A stretch of 64,000 nt of DNA from Vicugna vicugna (Eukaryota): assembly GCA_013265495.1 (NCBI GenBank), contig MU058531.1, positions 612,678 to 676,677 of the forward strand, given 5' to 3'. The notes below the pieces were generated by a model. The model searched no databases. It saw only the letters and a program-made list of their open reading frames with translations, and was not told where the DNA came from. Made by a program: the position numbers and the translations under genes. Below are positions 22,920-33,619 of this stretch, in pieces (positions within the stretch are counted from its first letter, which is position 1; each line of letters begins with the position of its first letter).

Positions 22920-23520
22920 TTTTCCCCCTGAGATTGTACTGATTAAATTCTGGTCACTCAGAATCAGGCTTAGTAATACAAGTCTTCCCATCTAAGTTTA
23001 AAATTCTTAAAATGTTTGTCTGTCTCTATCACGTAAATTTTCAAAGACATATTTTGTTTGTATGTCAAGAAAGACCATGAGTCAAATCTAAATTTCTTTT
23101 TAGACCAAGACTATAAATCAATAACATCTGTGGATAAGAAGTTGCAGTGAATATGAAATGTTAAAAATGTCCTTCAATATAAATGGCACTTGCAGTCCTT
23201 TTGGAGAAGTGATTGAGTTTCCTTGGAAGTGTTTCTCCTTATTAATATGTAAGATGAAAGTAAATATATTTTTAACTAGAATGAGTTTTCTGTAGGAAAT
23301 CATCACTATTCATGGGAAATGGGAGCATTTCTTCAAAATACTTAAGCCATTTTTTTTTGGTCTAAAATCATAAAGGGTTGGATGGCAAATTTCAGGATAA
23401 AAAGAAGCAATGTATGATGTCAGGGCAGGCTCAAGAGGCCATTCCAACTTGCCTTTGTCGTTTGCCTCTGCCTTAGTAGATGTAAGCCCTCTAACTTCTC
23501 AGCCTCTACAAAACTTCTCA
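22920..23520 (-). pseudogene. Viral region between N and M: possible P remnant and/or M-like accessory (U) gene
   Basis: Non-repeat block in the P position, with A9 runs at 23350-23358 and 22915-22923. IFTFILHINKEKHF, IYIEG and YPQMLLIYSLGLKRNL weakly resemble VSV M FFTVKMTVRSNRPF, MYIG and RPFYKILAFLGSSNL. Confidence 0.4.
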
Positions 23521-23925
23521 ATGTTTGATTTATCCAGTCCTCAGATCATGCTATTGCTTTATTTTGTTTTAATATGCATGTTTCATTTTCACCTAGATGA
23601 TCAGTTCTTAAGGACAAACACCATGTCTCTTTGTTCTTAAATTTTTCTTTAGGACTCAGTGCTATACCTGGAACAGGGTACATGCTAAATAAATATAATA
23701 ATAGCTAATCTCCCTAGCAGTTTTTAGTGTATTTAGGTTAGTCATTCCCAAGTCTATATATATATTCAAACCACTTAGGTAACTTACAAAAAAATCCAGG
23801 TCCTACTCAGATTCCTGAATCTCTGTGTAATGGAGCTAAGAAATGACACCGATGTAGTCTCTCCACTGCACTGAGCTCTGCTTGGTACTCTATTAGTTAT
23901 TTTATTTAGAAGTCTTTAATACTCT

Positions 23926-24049
23926 AGAGGGGAGGCTATAGCTCAGTGGTAGACTGCGTGCCTAGCATGCACAAAATCCTGGGTTCAATCCCCAGTATCT
24001 CCACTGAAATAGTAAATAAATAAACAAACCGAATTATCTGCCCCCTTAT
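23926..24049 (+). mobile_element. tRNA-Ala-derived SINE (camelid Vic-1 type)
   Basis: 'ggggaggctatagctcagtggtagac...ctgggttcaatccccagt'; perfect 16-bp TSD aagtctttaatactct (23910-23925 / 24050-24065). Confidence 0.92.
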
Positions 24050-24121
24050 AAGTCTTTAATACTCTTAACAAACCTATAAAGCAGATGTTATGCTATGTTA
24101 CACAAATAATAATTAACACTA

Positions 24122-24595
24122 ATGTTAACCAAAATTTCAGAAACAGACACCTGACTAAATAATTATTTATTTGGGGTTTGTTAGGAGTGCAGCCTGAAAG
24201 ACACAGATTCAACATGCACTTGAATTGAGTTCCACTAGACTACGAAATGGGGGAGGCTTATAAGGCAAAAACTGCCAGACCACAGTTAGTTACATGAGTT
24301 CCATATGAACAATTATAACTGGAGCTGGCAAGAAGTAAGGGTGCTTACTAAGCAAGAATTGGTTGGGGTCTGAAATGATTGCAGAGTTACAAGGGGGGAC
24401 AACCTTGAGATACAAAGTTGCAGCTAGCAGATATTGTTTTGAAAATAGCTGGTGTCCTTGGGTTAGGGTTAGATTAATATTAACTGAACTCTGTCAGTGG
24501 TGTAAGGACGTGTCTGAGACCAGGTCCTCAGTGGCCACCTGACCCCAGTTTCTGTACACCTGACCTATGATTACTCCATTCTCATTTCAATTTGT
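24122..24595 (-). mobile_element. ERV solo LTR
   Basis: TG...CA-bounded block with antisense polyA signal ('ttatttatttgggg') and LTR-like composition. Confidence 0.6.
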
Positions 24596-24599
24596 CATC

Positions 24600-24785
24600 A
24601 GTAATGATAACAGCGAGCATGTGCTACGTGCTTACTGTATACCACAGTTCTAAGTACCTTTCACACATTAACCGACAAGAGAATAAGAGCAGTTAAGTGA
24701 CTTCCTGGAAGCGAGCATATGGAAGAGGCTGTATCTGAATTCCTCTTTTCAACAGAAGAGCTTTTTATCACTGCACCATGCTGTC
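24600..24785. mobile_element. MIR abutting the 3' end of the N remnant
   Basis: 'gtaatgataacagcgagcat...cttactgtatacca...gttaagtgacttcc...cactgcaccatgctgtct'. Confidence 0.75.
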
Positions 24786-25520
24786 TTGCAGCAAAAATTT
24801 TATTTGTTGACTTACGGCAAAATGTAACATTTTCACATTATTTAAAAGCATCCTAATCAAGCTCCATTCTACCCACAGGTTTTGCCTTCTGGGATTTCTA
24901 TTCAGGGGATGCTAGTCTGCCCAAAGCTTCCTCAGCCAATCTCTGAGGTATCTTCAAGGCATTTTTATAAGCAGAAGCAGTCTCAGACTTCTCCATTTAC
25001 CAAAACCATTGGAGGCCAATAACCTGGATTCCTGATCTACACAGGACAGATGAAGAGAAGATAGGAGTAGTCCCTCCATGAGACAAAAATATTGATAAGT
25101 AACTAACTCAGAGAATAATAATCATGTTATCTTCCATTTTAGAAGCCACGGACCCTATTCTTATCAACTGCCTTTATTTCCTCTACTTACCAGAGTTAAT
25201 CTCAGAGAACATTCACCACTTTATGATCTTTCTGATTTTCCTATCAGTCACATTTCAGCTGTGCTGTGTAAACAGGATTTGGGCTCTCCTGCTATCTGAT
25301 GAAATTTTCATTTTACTTTTTAAAATCATTAACTGGAATCATAATCACCACCCAAACTTCTCTGCCTACTCCTCAAATCCCCTGCCACAAAACAAAATCC
25401 GAGGGTTCTCACTGAAGCTGCACTCACTTATATGCTGAGAAATAGGTGTTCAAATGCTATAGCCAAAATTAACATCTAGTTTTGTACTCGCTGGGACACA
25501 ACGTATAAACTGATATGTCC
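24785..25520 (-). pseudogene. N: Rhabdovirus-like nucleoprotein N remnant: conserved core and C-terminus
   Basis: SAYK/EC/AASVRTLG ~ SRFKDCAALATFG; QESPNPVY ~ rabies QETAVPHSY; GKSERS*S (25241-25218) ~ GLSSKSPYS; NMIIIL*VSYLSI/EGLL ~ NARQPDDIEYTSLTTAGLL; PQRLAEEALG ~ PQGRDVVEWLG; RKSTNKIFA ~ REKTIGKYA. Confidence 0.88.
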
Positions 25521-25524
25521 AGAT

Positions 25525-25715
25525 AAAGCATGTGATGGAAAAAACTTAGGAATTTGGAGGAGAAAGCCTTGGGTTATAGAAGAAACTGCTCCTGGTTTTT
25601 ACCAATTTGTACAAAACATGCCTCCATGCTGAACCTCAGTTCTCTCATTTGCAAAATGGAAATAATGACATATACATGGTAAGCTTGTGGTGAAGATTAA
25701 TGAGGTAATATACAT
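25525..25715. mobile_element. MIR inserted within the N remnant
   Basis: MIR core 'ctgaacctcagttctctcatttgcaaaatggaaataat...gtggtgaagattaatgaggtaat'. Confidence 0.85.
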
Positions 25716-25719
25716 GCTT

Positions 25720-25995
25720 CACTGCCCCCCAATCCCAACAGGGACCAGCCCACTGGTCTCAATATACAACACTTCCTTTCAGCCTCTGGACGTGCACCTC
25801 CCCTGCAGGAAAGTAGGGGCAAGGTCTGAAGCTACACTTAACCTTGTGCGCACACCAGCTCCACCACAGGCAGCCTCTGCCAATCATGCCCACTGACAGA
25901 TACTCCTCAAGATCCTCATCAAGCTAACTCAAAATTCGAAGACTTCAAACATGCACTAGAAATCCAGTAAAAGTGATATAATGCATTGGCGAGAG
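25720..25995 (-). pseudogene. N: Rhabdovirus-like N remnant: middle part
   Basis: ISLLLDF*CMFEVFEF*VSLMRILRSICQ ~ LPLYLLGLYRVGRTQMPEYRKKLMDGLTNQCK; GLVPVG ~ PLVPEG. Confidence 0.75.
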
Positions 25996-26454
25996 GATAG
26001 AGAAAAGGGATGTGAGATTTATGTAATAAATGTGTGTGGGCAGAGAGGTGAGGCAGACATTGTCTTAAAGGGATAAATCTTAAGGATATGGTTTTTATGT
26101 CTCATTAATAGCCTTCATTCATTTCATTTCAATTCAATTCAGTTCAATTCATTGAATTCATTTCCAACATTAGCCTTATTTTTTAAAATAAGTAAGAATG
26201 AGGAAAACCTAATTTGTCCATGAAATGCCTAAAGTGTTCTATTCCACTGATGTACAGGAACAGAGAAACATAGATATCTCTAGATCCTGGAATATCATAT
26301 ACTTAGAGTGCCAACAATAATTTGAATAGTATAGCAGAATTTTATGAAACTTTTTGTACCTATAGTTCTTGCTTGAGCCTCTTAACAAATCTTTGAGATA
26401 AACAAAGAAGATACCATCATTGTCCTCATTGTATAAATGAGAAAACTGTGACAC

Positions 26455-26790
26455 TTATCCACTAGGTCATGCTGCACAATAAACCCCAAATTTCAGTGGG
26501 TCACAAGGACAAGTGTTTGTTTCACTCAGGTCCAAGGCAGTGGTGAATCACCTTTGGCTCTGTCTCACGTCGCCCTCTTTCCAGGACCCAGGCTGAAGAA
26601 GCAGCTCTGTCTCATTCGCATGCGAGAGGTAAGAGGGCAAAGGTGAAACTGCATAGAGCTCTTAGAGCTTTGGCTGGGACTTAGCATACAATACACTGCT
26701 CACATTTCTTTGGCTAAAGCAAGTCACATGTTCAAGCCTGTTTTTAGAAGTAGAGGGAATAGAATCCACTTAGAGGGAACAGAGGAAAAA
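26455..26790 (-). mobile_element. MaLR (MLT1-type) LTR
   Basis: 'aataaaccccaaatttcagtgg...ccaggacccaggctgaagaagcagc...cacatttctttggctaaagcaagtcacatg'. Confidence 0.8.
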
Positions 26791-27044
26791 AGCAGGACAA
26801 CAACATACACAGAGAGAAAGTATTAGAGTTGAAATTAAAACAGACTTTCTGGTCCTTAGGTGCAGGACACTCTGGTGGTGACTGGACATAGTAGGCACTG
26901 AAAGCTAATCCACTGAATGAGTGAAGGGATGAAAGAAAAATAGGATGAATGAATGTTATCCATGCATTTCCCCCTTCCTTGTGTGAGGATTCTGTTGGAC
27001 AATTATTGAAACTTTTGATTGCTAGACATCAACCTTATGGTCTC

Positions 27045-27430
27045 TTAGATGCCTACACACAACTTATACCTGTGTAGGGTTGAGCCAAGGAGACTAGGAC
27101 AAACACCAGAAATACACCAACACAATCTAAAAGAAATGCCAAAACAGGAGGATTTGTCTACAGGATAATAAGCCCTGCTAGCCTTCAAGAGCAATATTTG
27201 AATGAAGGCTAAAATAACAATTCTGACCAGTAGGACACCGAGACTGATGGACGTGAGGTTCATCACGGCTAAAGGTTCTAACTCTAATTCGTCCACAAAC
27301 ATGCTCATACGAATGAGAGAAAGATTTAGTTTGTAAAGTGGAGTGTCAATAAGGTGCATCTCTGTAAGTGGGAGTGCATGGCTCATTATTTCAATTCAGC
27401 TTTTCCACCAATTAGACTGCTGACTTCTTT
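27045..27430 (-). pseudogene. N: Rhabdovirus-like N remnant: N-terminal part (contains the residual 113-codon ORF 27045-27386)
   Basis: LVEKLN*NNEPCTPTY ~ IVPKLPANEDPVEYPADY; TPLYKLNLSLIRMSMFV ~ IPLYINTTKSLSDLRGYV; DKSSCFGISF ~ DKDWSSFGINI. Confidence 0.85.
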
Positions 27431-27436
27431 TTTGGT

Positions 27437-30350
27437 TATTCAATAAGTATTTATTGTGAGCCAATTATATGCCAGGAATGACTTAAGGTACAACAGAATA
27501 TAAATTTAAAAAGGAATTAAAATGTCCTCTTCACATGAACCATCTTTTCTGGTCCAATAAACATAACAATTTCTCTGTTTGCACATATAAGAAAATAAAA
27601 TATACGGAAAATCAGATGTGAATAAGTTCTATAGGGAAAAAAAAAGAAAAGGAATAAGAAATTTCAGGGGAAGAGATTGGTAGTTGGAATTGTAATTTAA
27701 TAGAATGGTTATGGAAAAATTTGAGAAGATGACCCTTGAACAAAGACCAGAATGCAGTGAGTCGAAGCAAACCATGCAGATATGGGTAAGAATGTTCCCA
27801 GCAGAGGAAACAGGAAGTGCAGAGCCTTGAAGTGGGAGCGTATCCAGCATGTCTAAGGAAACGTGAGTGGCAATGTGGCTGGAGCTGAGTTAACAAGAAA
27901 GATAAAAGTAAGAAATCGGGTCAGAAAGGGAAGGGATGGGAGGGCAAATCATGTAATACTGCAAGTCATTAAGTTCTTTGACTTTCGCTCCAAGATGGGA
28001 AACAATTGGAGGTTTTTGATAGAGGAGTGACATTATCTAACTTAAAATGTAAACTAATTACTATGATTTTGTTTGCAAGGAGAGAAACGGAGATCAATTT
28101 GAAGGCAATTTCAATAATCTCTATGAGAGATAATAATAGCTTTGCACCAGGGTGTTAGCGGTAAAGATGGGGAAGTGGAGTTTTCTTAATGTATTTGGAA
28201 GATAGAGATGACATAAGCTTCTGAAGGATTGGACATGGAGTTTGAAAGAAAGGCATCTAGGAAGTTTCAACTTGAGCAACTGGATAGATGGTGTTATCTT
28301 TACAAAGACAAGACAGACTACAGAAGAGGAAGATTTGAAAGAAAAATAAGGAATTTGATTCTAGGCAAGTTATATTAAAATGACTATAAGACATCCAAAT
28401 GATAATTTCAAGTAGGAAGTAAGATATAATTTTTGAGTTCAGAAAAGTGGTGCAGCTGAGGATAAAATTTGAGCATCCTCAGAGTATAAACGCTTTAAAG
28501 CCACGAGACAATACAATCATCAAGAGTAGCAATATGTGCAAAGACCAATGTTTACATGGCAGATGAAAGGGAACCAGAATAGGAAACTCATAAAGACCAG
28601 TCAGCAGGGGAGGTGGAAAACCAAAAAGGTGTGGCGAGCCCAGGAGAAAAAAAGTATTACAAGGAAGTGGGAGAGACTAACTAATGCAATTAGGTTAGAA
28701 ATTAGATTTAGCAATATGATATTATTGTTGATCTAAAGTCTAGACTCAAGCAGTTTTGGTGGAGTAGTATTACACTGACTGAAGTGAATTCAAGGGGAAA
28801 TTGAGTAGGATCTATTTCCAAGCAGACAATTAGCCTTAGGAATATAGGAAATTCATACAGTTACAAAAGGGAAGGCAGTGTTACATGAGAGGGCAGAGAG
28901 ATGACAGAGGAATTTAGTGCAAGTTCTCTTTCGGACACTCTTATTTCACAGGCTAAGCCCCACATCACCAAGTGAAGACTTAATTCCAGTTTCAGATCTC
29001 CCACAAATGGAATATTAAGCCAGTCAGTCAGGAATGGCCTGATCAGTATTTTTAAGTAATCTGTCTGATAGACCCCCGTCACCCCCTAAAGGAAAGGAAA
29101 GTTGAGATAATCAATTTGCTTTTTTTGCCTACTATAACTTCCTTGTTCCCGCTACCTTCTTCCTATAAAAGTCTTTTATTTCGTACAGCTCCTCAGAGCT
29201 CCTTTCTCTCTGCAAGACTGGATGCTGCCTGATTCGAATCAATTTTTGCTTAAACTCTTAACATTTTAAATACACCTCAGTTTATCTTCTAACAGTTTGA
29301 ATAGTTGCCTGGAATAGTGTGAGAGAATGACTGAGCTGCTGTGTGCACTGCTGCTGGGTACATATGGCTGGGCTTTCCCAAAGTACAGACGTGAGTATGA
29401 TTTTTATGAAATTAAAATGAGACAAGTCAGCCATGATACTAATTTTTCTCTAGCTCTATTCTACTGTGCAGGAGCAGAAGAGAGTAAGTGGAAAGTTGGA
29501 TTTAACTAGAGCTGGGGTTTTGCCAGATGTAGCAAGATATAGGCAACAGAGTTAAGGGAGAACTCAGGGATATATTATGATGGAGTAGGGGATCTAAGCT
29601 ACGTGAGAAGGGAAATAAGAAGATACGGGAGACACTGGACAGTGAAACGTGGAAGTTTCAGTAGACCATAGGTCCTGGAGATGTGGTGGTCAGGAAATGG
29701 GATGCTTAAAATTGAGATTATGTTGATTCATTTTGGTTTATGGTAATAATGAAGTCAAAGGTATGGCCTTGGGATTAAATAGGTGAACTAGAGTTGAGAG
29801 GGAAATCACGGAAGCACAGAGTGTTGAGGAACTCTCTCTGTGGTGTTGAAAGGGGCCTATACATGGATATTAAAATCACCAAAATTAGTGGCAAGAGTAG
29901 AACTGGAGAGTTCATTCAGCCAGGAGCTAAAGGCTTAATGCAGTGCGAAGAAGTAATCTGAGGGTCTGCAGGCGACCACAGCAAGGAGAGAGACTGGTAT
30001 TACAGTCCGATGATACGTGGCATGAAGCTGTGTGTGTGTTGGGGGAGGCAGGGTGCAGGGAAGGGGGATTAGGAGAGAGGAAAGGAGGACAGTGTGAAGT
30101 GGCAATGGGGAGCACGGAGTACATCAACCTGTCCCAGGGACCAACGGCAAGAAGACTTGGGACATAAAATATCCACCACTTAGAGGTTCTACAGGGGAAG
30201 CAAGTGGGCTTACGGAGACCCAGTTCTTAGTTAGAGCAAGACAGCAAAGCAGACATTTAGAGAAAATTCAGAAGATAGCAGGGATTTTGCTCATGACTGA
30301 CCTTGAGTATCAGAATATAGAGTTTTAGGAATTTAGGGTTTTAGGAAGTG
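27437..30350 (-). mobile_element. Long L2 element (with nested LTR ~28950-29295)
   Basis: L2 tail 'ttattcaataagtatttattg' followed by ~3 kb of purine-rich L2 body. Nested LTR 'gctaagccccacatcaccaa...cctcagtttatcttctaaca'. Confidence 0.8.
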
Positions 30351-31373
30351 AGGTACGGTGAGCAATGGGTCAGAGGGGTCTCTATGGAGTCATATGGGGA
30401 TGAGAACGCAAGGTTAGAGGATGACTCGGCAGTCCTGGGTTGCTCTGGATGACTGGAAGCAGAAATGGATGACATAATGTGCTCAGTCCTGATGGTGCTG
30501 AAGGAGGTAGCAATGATGCGTCTGTGAGTCTCAGTGAGGGGGAAGGGCAGGTCCCGGATGTGTTGGTGTGGCGGCAAAGGAGAGGTCAGGTCTTTTCAGG
30601 ACTGGCCAGGGCTCTTGAATCTCTCCCCTGTCCCTAGGGAAGGCACTGCTATCATGTTTGCACTTTATCCCAGCGCCCTCCCATGCACAGAGACAGTGCC
30701 TGGTAAACATCTGTCAGCTGAGATCAATCCTGGTTTATGAGAAGCCATGGATAAACTTAAGTTTGATTTGAACACTGGAGGTGAGGTAGATGGAGCACTT
30801 CTGAATAAGCTGGAACGTCTGGGGGTTTTTCAGTGTCAGAATCCCACCCAGTGACGCCAGACACTGTTCAGTTTCGCGTGGCAAAGTGATCTGGGAGTGA
30901 ACCATCGCTGACTCACGGATCCAGCTCATTCCACCTGCAGTGCTCACTTTAAGTCCCAAGGACCCTTCCGGACTCCTTATAACGACAGCACAGTGGGGAC
31001 CCGGTTCCCAGATAGAGCACTCTTAATGGGGTGGTTAGCAAGGACAGCGGCTTCTTGTCTCTCAGAGTGAAAGGGAAAGTGAAGCCAGAGAACAAGGATT
31101 TTAGGCCACGTTTCTCTTCACTCAATTAAGAAATAGATCGGAAAAATCACTGTAAAACCCCCTATTTTTAAAAGGGAGTCTCTGCAAGGTGATTTTGGTC
31201 TTTTTCAGACTGTGAGAAGGACTTTTTCAGAGACATGAAACAATTTCTTACTTTAACTCATACAGAATAAAAGGTAACGCAGCAACAAGGGTCCTGAAGT
31301 ACTTCCTTTAGAAATAATCTGGTTGGAGAAGGCATTTCCCTTTTCATGAGAGGGGGACAGACTAGGTAATCTT

Positions 31374-31565
31374 TTTTTTTTTTAATATAGACTAATCTTT
31401 TTTATTTTTTAATGTTATTTTATTTATTTATTTATTTGAGATTTGGGGGGGGGAGTAGTTAGGTTTATTTATTTACTTATTTTTAGAGGCGGTACTGGGG
31501 ATTGAACCCAGGACCTCCTGCATGCTAAGCATGCGCTCTACCACTTGAGCTTTACAACCCTCCCC
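31374..31565 (-). mobile_element. tRNA-derived Vic-1-type SINE
   Basis: Antisense head 'tactggggattgaacccaggacc...ctaccacttgagct...cctcccc'; TSD agactag(g/a)taatctt at 31359-31373 / 31566-31580. Confidence 0.92.
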
Positions 31566-31688
31566 AGACTAGATAATCTTAAATCCTTTTTCATGTAGAG
31601 ATGGTATTAATTGATTAGATTTGAAAAAGTCAAATACCGTTTTGATTGATGTAGAAAGTTAGCCAAGTGCCTTTACGGTGTTCCCAAC

Positions 31689-32057
31689 TGCTTTGGACTG
31701 AATTGTATCCCCCACTAAATTCCCATACTGACCCTTGAACCCCCAAAGTGACTGTGTCTGGAGAGAAGGTCTTTAGGAGGTAAAGAAGGTTAAATGAGGT
31801 CGCAAGGGTGGGGCCATAACTTCATAGGACGGTGGCCTTATAAGAAGAGAAAGAGAGAGATATCTCTCTCAGCCGTGGGAGGACACAGTGAGAGGGTGGC
31901 CGTCAGCAAGCCGGGCAGAGAGCCCCCACAGACTGGACTCTGCTGGGGTCTTGGTCTCAGGCTTGCAGGTTCCAGAAGTGTGAGAAAATGAGTGCTAACT
32001 GTTTAAGCCGCTCTGTCAGTGGCATTTTGTTGTGGCAGCCAGAGCAGCTTAAGACAC
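31689..32057 (+). mobile_element. MaLR (MLT1A/B-type) solo LTR
   Basis: 'tgctttggactgaattgtatcccc...gaaggttaaatgaggtc...ttccagaagtgtgagaaaat...ttaagaca'. Confidence 0.9.
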
Positions 32058-32199
32058 CAACCTGCCCACCTCTCTAGAAATGGTGCTTGTTCCTGAAGGA
32101 AGAATTGATTCATACGTTAGTCTGTGTCAAGAGATAAATTCTGAAAATGTGTACAACAGTAAAATATTGACTATGGACATGTTTAAGAAGTATTTTAAA

Positions 32200-32545
32200 A
32201 AGACACAAATGAGCCTATTTACAAAACAGAAACAGACTCACAGACATAGAAAACAAACTTATAATTACAAGGGGGGAAAGAGAGTGGGAAGGGATAATTT
32301 GGGAATTCGAGATTTGCAAATACTAACTACTATATATAAAATAGATAAAGAACAAATTTATACTGTATAGCACAGGGAACTGTATTCAATGTCCTGTAGT
32401 AACGTATAATGAAAAAGAATGTGAAAAGGAATGTATGTCTGTACATGGATGACTGAAACATGCTGGACACCAGAAATTGATGCAGCATTGTAAACTGACT
32501 ATACTTCAGTTAAAAATAAAAGAAATATGAACAAAAAAGAAAAAG
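32200..32545 (+). mobile_element. L1 3' end (5'-truncated) with A-rich tail
   Basis: 'acaaaacagaaacagactcacagacatagaaaacaaactt...tgtaaactgactatacttcagttaaaaataaa'. Confidence 0.9.
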
Positions 32546-32952
32546 AAGTATCAAGAGACTTTCAGATGCTCTCCTAGACTGCCTGCATCTCCCTGGTAGG
32601 GACTGTGCCTTCTGGTCCACCACCAGCACACTGGATGAGTGAACAAACGCGTGCAAAGAATCTGCTGACTGGTGAGAGACTGAGAAAGAAGGAAAACACT
32701 AAATAATATGTTGCCTTCCAGTAACCAGATGAATGAAAGCCTTAACTGTCTTCAGCCCCCACCTACGAGTTCTGCATGTATCAGGATATCAAGGAGTGGA
32801 AAACTCATTTGTGCTTTTTATTTTTGTAATTTAAAATCATTGGCTTGATACTAGCTAAGGCAGTATTGAGATTCTGTCTCGAGATCAATAAAAAGCAATC
32901 ACATTTTAATGCCACTGTCGACTTATAGATACCTTAGATGTAGCAATACCCT

Positions 32953-32968
32953 CCAGTAGATGTCAGCA
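32953..32968 (+). promoter_or_regulatory. CTCF-like motif CCAGTAGATGTCAGCA
   Basis: Resembles the CTCF core consensus in non-repeat DNA. Motif match only. Confidence 0.3.
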
Positions 32969-33619
32969 CAGAAAAAAAGGAAAAAAAAGTTTATTGCACG
33001 TAAGTAAAAGTACATAAAAAAGTATCAGTCTTTACCCCTAGATGTTCTCAAAGACATCTCCGTAGTACTTTAACTCTTATTATGAGTACAGGTCAGATTA
33101 CCCAAACTTCCATTTGTCCTCTCAGTTGATCTTGTGAGAAAAGTTATAAAATGTTACAACTCTTATTAAAAGACAAATAAAAAAATTATTAGAAATAACA
33201 CAGATCTGTTCTCCAACCAGGTGGTGAGATACCTGGCAAAGTGGATGTAAAAGCCAGCTCTCAGGAAACAGAGTTCACTGCCTCCTTGCTGGGACAGCCA
33301 GTGAAGTCTATTTTTTCTTTCCCTTCCTTAAACCAAGACAGCACATTTCTGCACTGTGTGAATCTAGAAAAGGAGACCCGGACTCACTGGCTCCCACAAA
33401 TGTGTGAATTTTGTATTTAAAAAATATTAACACTGAAAGTATCAATCTGAGTGTCCTGGCCCATCCAACCTGAAATGATCTATGACACTTGTGTGAGAAA
33501 CGGATGACATCTGCCAAGTTTTCTGTCAACCCCTCTTCTCTCTTCCTTCCTTCTCTGACTCCTTACCTGATGCACTTCAGTCTATCATCTGCTCAGAACT
33601 ATTCCCTCCTACCCTAGCA

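Larger units (their letters stand above)
730..27430 (-). other. Endogenous rhabdovirus-like element (non-retroviral EVE): fragmented near-complete genome N-(P/U)-M-G-L interrupted by many TEs
   Basis: More than 15 non-repeat blocks on the minus strand each resemble the next expected segment of vesiculovirus/lyssavirus N, M, G and L proteins, in the correct order and orientation (manual translation across frameshifts). Confidence 0.9.

Noticed and set aside
23926..24002. tRNA-Ala genes (also 31490-31565 and 60365-60440)
   Set aside because: They have a shared non-tRNA tail and TSDs, so they are SINEs.
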